From assembly GCA_002104945.1 (NCBI GenBank), contig MCFH01000044.1:407332-471331 (forward strand): a stretch of 64,000 nucleotides of DNA, written 5' to 3'. The position numbers and the translations under genes were made by a program. Positions 56,027-64,000 of this stretch are shown here, piece by piece (position 1 is the stretch's first letter; each line of letters starts with the position of its first letter). Below the pieces are notes generated by a model. That model ran no database searches and had not been told where the DNA came from. It saw only the letters and a program-made list of their open reading frames with translations. The stretch is from Piromyces finnis finn (lineage: Eukaryota > Fungi > Neocallimastigomycota).

Positions 56027-56542
56027 AGAAAAAAAGAAAGAAAGAAAGAAGAAAGGAAATAAGAATAACAAGAATTTTTCTTTTTCTTTTTTTATCTTCA
56101 CACACTTTCTATTACATTAAAATAAATTATATTTATCAATATTTTTCATTTTTTATAGTATAAATAATATTTAATAAGATCATTCTGTTAATAATAAAAA
56201 CTTTCAAAACTTCATTTTCATAATAAATCAAATAAATTTAAAATATAATATTGTACATTTTTTACTCAATAATAATTTATTTACCTATTAATTAATTTTT
56301 TATTTAGTTATTTAAAATTATTTAATATATAAAATTTATAATAATTAAATTTTTTAAAAAAAAAAATAATTATAAATTATATCTAATAATAATGAAAATT
56401 CAAATTTAAATTTTGGATTTATTGAAATTGTTTCTTGCTATTACTTTCATATAATATTTATGAAGAAGTGTATATATATATAATAATTAGGTTTAAAATA
56501 TAAAGATAAAAAATATTGTAAAATATTTAATATAAATATAAA

Positions 56543-58340
56543 ATGTCATTTGAAATATTTTGGGACAAGTTAGATGTGGATATAGCATTATCCTTTCAGA
56601 ATTATTTAAATGATTATTTTAAAAAAATAAAAAGACCTGATTTTCTTGGTGAAGTCGTGTTTAGTGATGCAGATTTTGGACAAATTCCACCAGAAATTAC
56701 AATTATAGATATTTGTGATCCAATGTCAGAATTTTATGATGAACAATTACTTGATAATGACTATTTAAATGGGCAAGATAATTATAATTACGATGATGAA
56801 TTAGAAAAAAGTAATGATTATTTTAGACAACAAATTAATGATAAATTACCCCCAAGACATGATGAATGGAGTTCAAATTTCAACCGTTTAAGTTTCAATG
56901 GTTTTGGAAATACATTTAATAATCAAAATTTCTACAGAACTTCTAGTTTACAAAATTTAAATCAAAATTTTAATGCCTTAAGTCTTTCAGACATAACCAG
57001 TAATTTCAATGAAAATCTAACTGATAATTCTGATACCAATAACTTAAATAATAATAATCCAGAAAATAAAACATCTGACAAATCAAAAGTTTTTTTAGGT
57101 ATATTATTTTCAAGAATTATATCTTAAAATACATATAAAAATTAATTTATAATTGTTATTTAAAAAAAAAAATAAACTTTAAAGATTTAGTCTAATTTTA
57201 AGGTATTATATATATTATAATTATACTGATAACTTTAATATAGGTGATATTTCTTTTGATTTTAATAATTTAACCCCCTTTTTAACAAAAAGTGTAATTA
57301 GTTCTCAAGATAGTCAACTGAATAATAATGCAGAGAATAATGAATCAATAACCTCTATAAATAATAATATATCTTCAAATACTACATCAACAAATTATCA
57401 AACAATTGCTGATTTTTTAAGAAATGCCAACGAATCAAGTATTGAGGATGAAGAAGATGTTAGTAGTATGGATAATGCAGCAAGTGCTACAAATGCCGAT
57501 GTAGAAAGTATCACAAGTAGTAATCATACACATGGTGAACTTGATGATGAAAATAGTAGTAGTCAATATTATAATAATGATACTCTTTCAGTACCATCTC
57601 AACAAAATTCCACTTCACCATCACAAAAACCGTTAAACCTCGATATTCAAGTAGAATTAGATGTAGTTTATAGAGGCAATTTAAAATTAACAGTATCAAC
57701 AGCACTGATTTTAAATAAACCAACGCCAGCATTCATGACTTTGCCAATTAAATTAGCATTAAAGGGTATATCTTTTAAAGGTAATTAGATAGTTTTATTA
57801 TTTAGAATATATCGAATTCGAATTCTGAATATCAAATAAATCTTTGGCATTTTATTTATTTACATATTTTGAATAGGTATAGCAGTTATTGCATATATTG
57901 GAAATCAAATAAACTTTTGTTTCAAAGAACCAGAAGAAAGTGAAAGGTAATAATTGCAAAAATATTAAGATGATTTAAACAGTAATTAACAAATTAATGT
58001 AAAAAAGGAAATAATAATCATTAAAATAATAAAATTTTATAAAAACTGTAATTTAATAAAGTTTAATTGAAGACATTCGCCTAGAATCTGAATTAGGTGA
58101 TGAAAATAAGCAAGGTAATATAAATATTTCTATATTATATTAATATTACTAAATGATAAATGTTTATCATATCAAATATTCTAATTTATATTTATTATTA
58201 ATAATTTATATACTTCTGAAGTACTTAAAAACATTAGTAAAATTGAAGGATTTTTAATAAGCAAAATAAAGAGTTCTATAGATGAATTGTTAATTTTTCC
58301 AAATTACCATTCTATTTATATATCAAAGGATGAAAACTAA
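56543..58340 (+). CDS. MDM12: ERMES subunit Mdm12 (SMP domain), multi-exon
   Basis: N-terminus MSFEIFWDKLD...RPDFLGEV...FGQIPPEITIIDICDPMSEFY. After a low-complexity insert: DIQVELDVVYRGNLKLTVSTALILNKPTPAFMTLPIKL...IAVIAYI...INFCF...IRLESELGD...VLKNISKIEGFL...DELLIFPNYH. Stop at 58338..58340. Confidence 0.88.
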
Positions 58341-58436
58341 TCAAAATAAGATTTTCATCAAATAAAATAATATATTATTATATATTTTTATACCAGTAAA
58401 TATAAAAAACATCATCTATATAATATTATTAAAATA

Positions 58437-58475
<39 letters not shown>

Positions 58476-59391
58476 AGAAATCTAATTAAACTACTATCTT
58501 AAAAAACATCATAATAATTAATTAAAAATAAAATATAAAGAAAAGAAAAAATAAAACATTCAAGATTTAATTTATTTAATAATTTCTTAGTATATTTTTT
58601 TTATTTGTATGTTTGTGTATTTGAAACTAAAATTAAAATGATATATATATATTTCTTTTTTTTTATGTCTTTAATTCTTAAATATTAAAACTTGTTTTTA
58701 ATTATCCCTTTCTATTTTATTTAATAATTATTTGATAATAAAAAAAATATACTATTTTATACCTTTATAAAAAAAAAAGAAAAAAAAAAATTATTAGATA
58801 TCAACAAAGAGCATATAATATAGCTCTATTCATAATATTTAAAGAAATAAAAAAATTTGTAAATATATATAGTATTCTAAAATTTAAACGTGACAACTAA
58901 CAATATGTCAATAGTTTTGAATGAATAATATTAAATTTTATATTTTATTTCGAATATAAAATAATATATTGATGATATATATTTAAATATAAATGATAAT
59001 ATATTTATTTAGATTTTGATTTATCTCATTTTTAAAATTAAAATTAATTACTCAAAAAAAAAAAAAAAAAAGCAATATATATATTACTAAAAAATAAAAA
59101 ATATATTTTTATTTTTAATTCTTTTATCTTATAAAATATTTAAACTTCAAATTAAGCATATTAAAAAGAAGGTACTTTATTAAATAAATTGTATTTATAT
59201 AAAATAAATAAAGTAATTTCTCTAAAAAAAAAAAAAAAAAAATTAAATATAAAGATAATTAATAAATAATTTATTCATTCATCTTAAATATATTGAATTA
59301 TTCATTTTAAAAACAAAAAATAAAAATAAAAAAAAGCATTTAAAAAAAAAAAAAAAGAAAAAGAAAAAAAAAATAAATATTATCCATAAAA

Positions 59392-60781
59392 ATGAAGCAG
59401 GTCTTATTTTTATTCATTACTTTATTTATTGTTGCCTTTGTTAAAGGAGCAACCAATAGTACAGGAGCAAAAATTGAACAACCAACTTGTATTTATGCCA
59501 ATTCTTTAACTTCCAATGATCGTATTTACTATTCATATATATTACCAGCAAAATATGCTTGTGAAGATATTGGTTTTACTATAAATTTCTGTGATGCTTT
59601 CATTCCAGAAATTGTAGAAATCTCTAATCGCCCAAATATTTCCTACAATAACAATCTCGAAATTACTTTCATTGGTGAAGACAGTGTTAATACTAAAACT
59701 CTTACCCAAAAACTCTTGGACTCTGTTAAGGGACCAAATCAAGTAAATAATTTAAACATTTTTAGAATATATATATAATAATTATTCATTTATTCCTATT
59801 TTTAAAAAATTTATTAAATACTTTTTTTTTTATTATTTTTATTTTATTTTATTTAAAAAAATAATAATAATAATTCAGTATTTCCTTGTTCCAGAAGAAG
59901 CTCAATATCTTTCAAGTCATATTAAGATTAAATTTGATAAAGAATCTGATATGTGTGAAAACTCTGAAAAATTCGAAAAAATTATTGTTCAAGTTTACGG
60001 TGTTAAAAAATGTAAGTTTATAAGATATATTATTTTGCATAATAGTGTATTGTATACTAATGTATATTTTATTGTTATTATTTTTGTTCTTTTAAAATAT
60101 AAACTATTGATAAACAATTGAAAAAAAAAAATAATAATAATAATAATAATAATAAATCAGTTATCGAAATGAATGATGATGATATTAGTGAAGAATTAGT
60201 AAGTTCAGATAACAAAATATGTATAAATTAATAAATACTTTGTAAAATATTTTATTTATTATATAAAAAAATTTTTATATATTTATTTATTTTGTTGTAT
60301 TCATCATATTGGAACATAAAAAAAATAAACTCGAATTTATTTAATCAAATATTTCTCATAGGAACAATTATGTTACAATAATGTTATACCAGTACCATTC
60401 AACATTATATTAGATGATGAAAAATATAAGAAGAATTTAATTGATGACTTAAAAGCTTTAGAAAGTGATGATGAAATTGTTATTACTAAACTTTTAACAG
60501 CTTCATATGTTTCTAAGGATGGTGATCCAGATCAAGGTTTATGCCGTGGCTTCCTTTATCTTAAGGCTATGAATGATTGTAACAAAATTAGATTAGAAGA
60601 AGTTAAAGGTTCAAAACAACTTAGTAAGCAATATAATGATGTTATTAAAATGGGAGATAAAGCTCCAAAATTCATTAAGGATTGCGTTCGTGAATTAACC
60701 GTCAAGCCAACTGAAAAACCTGATTACAGTAAGGCCAAAACCGTTGAAGAAGGTGACTGGTTTGTTAAAATGGAATTATAG
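59392..60781 (+). CDS. Secreted protein of unknown function, about 4 exons, Cys-containing
   Basis: Signal peptide MKQVLFLFITLFIVAFVKG. Phase-compatible GT-AG joins link ...GPNQ|YFLVPEE...GVKK|FIEMNDDDISEEL|EQLCYNN... to the stop at 60779..60781. Codon usage resembles the well-expressed genes in the window. Confidence 0.7.
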
Positions 60782-61714
60782 GGAGGCAAAAAAAAATCAA
60801 ATAATCTGTAAAAATGAATATTGGAAGATTAATAAAAAAAAAAAAAAAGTGAAAAAAAAAATTGAAAAAAGCGAAGTAAAAAAAAAAAATGAAAGATTCA
60901 ATTAAATAAGTATTAATCTACATAAATATTAAAAATATGGATATTAATTATCAAATAAGCAACTTTCAAAAAAAAAAAAAAAAAAAAAAAATAATAATAA
61001 TAATAATAATAAAAATAATATTTGAAATAAATACATGTTTGTTTGTTTCCTCCTTTTTGTGTTTTAAATTATATTATATATAATTATAACTTTTTATGAA
61101 AGAATAATAAATAGATATTGAGCAAGCTAACAAGAATATACTCATTATATTATAAATATAATTTTTTAATATAGGATTTTTTTTTTTACTACATAATTTA
61201 GATATTTTATTTTATTTATATTAAAAATTTTATTAAGAAAAAAAGTAAAACTGGTAAATATATTAAAAAAGTACTATAGTAACTTAATGAATGTTTTTTT
61301 TATATATTGTTATTTGATTTTTCAATTACATCCGTAATTTTTTTTTTTTTAATACTCTGAATAAGATAATTTTGTTTGTTTATTTTAGTATAAGTGAATT
61401 GTTTAATTTTACTATTCTTTTTTTTTTTTTTTTTTTTTACTATATAGTTGTATTATGTTTATACATATATGTATGTATTCTTTTTTTTTTTTAGGGAGAA
61501 AAAAAATTAAATTTTATATATTTTTTATTTGATATTATAAAATTGAATTTTAAAAAATGTAATATAGGGGAAAACAGGAAGAAAAAGAAAAAGAAAAGAA
61601 AAAGAAAAAAACTTAAAACTAATGAAAATGAAAAATATATATATATATGAGATAAAATATATATAAAGATATATATTATATTAAAAAGATATAATAAAAT
61701 TTTAAAAAAATAGT

Positions 61715-61850
61715 TGTTTGTTTGCTTTTGGTTTTTGGTTTTTTTTTTGGTTGGTTGGTTGGTTGGTTGGTTTAGTTTGGTTTGTTTGTTTGTTTGTTTG
61801 TTTTTGTTTGTTTTTGTTTTTTGTTTTTGTTTTTTGTTTTTTTCATTTTT
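61715..61850. repeat. Compound (GTTT)n/(GGTT)n simple repeat
   Basis: Direct tetranucleotide runs between two convergent genes. Confidence 0.85.
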
Positions 61851-62129
61851 TGTTTTTTACTCTATTTTTCTTTATAAAAAAAAGTAAAAATAAATATATA
61901 TATATATTCAAACTTTAATAAATATGAAGTGTAAATGAAAAAGAAAGAAAAAAAAAAAAAAAAAAAAGAATGGAAAGTATACATGCATATAATATTTTAT
62001 ACAATATCTATAATGTATACATTATATGAAATATATGAAATATCAAAAAAAAAAAAAAAAAAAAAAAGAAAAAAAAATTAACAAAAAAATAAATTTAATA
62101 AATAATTAATTTGTAACTACAAATTAATT

Positions 62130-64000
62130 TTATAATGCTTCTTTATTTTCAATAGATTCATTTATGTTTTCTTCAACACCCTCTTTAATGTTTTCTTTTA
62201 CTTCATCAACTTTTTCTTTTGTTTTTTGGTTATCATCATTTGTTTCTGACTCTTCCTTAGATCCATCTTTGGTATCTTGTATTTTTTTTAAGGCATTTTG
62301 ATTATCTTCTTCTTCAGAATCCTTACTTTCTTGTTCCTTTATTTTTTCCTCAGTTTTGTTTTCTTTTTCTTCTTCTTCTTCTTTCGAATCTTTTTGTGCT
62401 AATTCATTTTTAATCTTCTTCTGTAATTGTTGTAAAGCACTTTTTGGTTCCTCGTCATTATCTTCTTTTTTAATTCTTCATCTTTATTATCGATTGTATC
62501 TTTATTTTCTTCAACATTAGTATCACTTACTTCAGTTGATTCTTTGGTTTGTTCATATGAATTAGAAAGAACAGGGTTTGATTCATCGGCATCTTCCTTT
62601 AATGCATCGTTACTACCATTTTCATCCTTTCCTTCATCAGCATTAGCATTATCATCAACTGGAGGAATCTCATCAGCGGATGGACAAGTTTCTTTTACAT
62701 AGTCATTTGAATATGACAATGTATTAATTGGTTCGCCATTTGCATCTAAAGCCTGTATAATTTCAAAGGAACAAAGTAAATCTTCATTAACAAGCATAAC
62801 AGCACCGTTATTATCAAATTCACCACAATAATTTGGTGCACTAAATACAGTAACCAATATTCTATTACCGAAAAATTCATAACCATCTTCTACAACCATA
62901 TGAGCTATAATATATATGTATGTGTGTATTATTATTAACATCCTACAGAATACAAAATTATATTTATTATAACTGTTAAATAATTTTTATACCTCTACAA
63001 ACTAAATCAAAGTCATTTCTAGCTAAGAATTCTTGTACTACAGATTTACCAAAGCCTATTTTTTAATTTAAAATAATAATAATAATAATATATATATATA
63101 TCGTTTATTATAATTATAATTATCATAATTCCATTATTATATTTCATACTTACAATAACTAACACCTCTTTCACTTTTTATTATTAAATTTATTTAATTA
63201 ATTATTAATTCATATATTTTAATAAAAAAAAAAGTATTTTAATAAAAGAAGAGAAAATGATTATCATATAATGATTTATTTAATTAAAATATTATTTAAG
63301 TTGAATCTATATTATTTAAGATATTTAGAATTATTATAATATTAAATAACTTACTTGTCCTATATTATAATTATTATAAATTAGATTGTAAATATGATTA
63401 AAAATAAATTTTAATTTATAAATTAACATTTATAATTCAAAGATAAGTAATTAATTTAGCTCACCTCCCTATTATATAAAAATGAAATAAATAAAATAAA
63501 CATATTTTAGTAACTTCGTTTTAATTACATTTATTTCTTTTTAGAATAGAATTTATAATATCGTTATTTACCAATCTTGTGCAGTTTCACTTGGATCAGA
63601 CCAAAGTAAATCTATAAAATTAGATGATATATTAATATTAAATTATAGATAATTAAATATTTATTTTAAACAATTACCATTTAATAAATCGAATTCTGGT
63701 ACATCAGTTGGACGCTCTAGAAGCAGATATTAATAATAAAAAAAAAAAAATTAAAAAAATAAATATTTTAAAAACTTTTTTTCTGATTACTATAAAAACA
63801 AACAAACTACTTACTAATTTTTAAAATATCTTCCATTCTATTTAATTGTTAAATAATTAAATTATTTATGGAAATATATATAATATATATTAATATCAAT
63901 TAAAAATATTTACTAAATAATACTACTTTTTTTTTTTTAATATAAGTAATTCTTACGTATGTAAACTTGGTGAGAGACCACCATGAAACAGAAAATCTAA
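62130..64000 (-). CDS. PP1-family Ser/Thr phosphatase, PPZ/PPQ-like, 5'-partial, with micro-exons and an acidic C-terminal extension
   Basis: Spliced translation: [128 protein letters not shown] rather than RAHQVV is typical of PPZ/PPQ. An apparent 1-nt frameshift lies at 62466..62471. Confidence 0.9.

Noticed and set aside
61718-61918. 66-aa Phe/Val/Trp-rich ORF
   Set aside because: Translation of GTTT/GGTT simple repeats with a non-ATG start.

Overview
Extremely AT-rich, intron-containing eukaryotic DNA. Composition, poly-Asn tracts, an ankyrin-repeat gene and a presequence-bearing mitochondrial-type Hsp70 point to an anaerobic gut fungus (Neocallimastigomycota); this is inference, not a database match. 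Hand splicing gives about 14 protein genes: a partial bacterial-type class M sirtuin, a ~2,340-aa two-domain membrane adenylyl cyclase that joins four of the listed ORFs, two tandem 7TM receptor-like paralogues, hydrogenosomal/mitochondrial Hsp70, an intronless orphan, a repeat-rich single-pass membrane protein, an ankyrin protein, C1-THF synthase, farnesyltransferase beta, RBBP4/MSI1, MDM12, a secreted orphan and a partial PPZ/PPQ-like phosphatase. Also present are an SRP (7SL) RNA gene, a decayed LINE, a small MITE-like element and many microsatellites. The most notable observations are: (1) a cyclase with transposed C2/C1 order but ATP-type specificity residues, lying head-to-head with a pair of unassigned 7TM genes; (2) consecutive 4-nt and 5-nt micro-exons in the phosphatase; (3) a 64-bp poly(A)-tailed insertion with a target-site duplication inside the LINE, matching the LINE's own apparent 3' end; (4) the SirTM ADP-ribosyltransferase. 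All exon models were made by eye and need RNA-seq confirmation.
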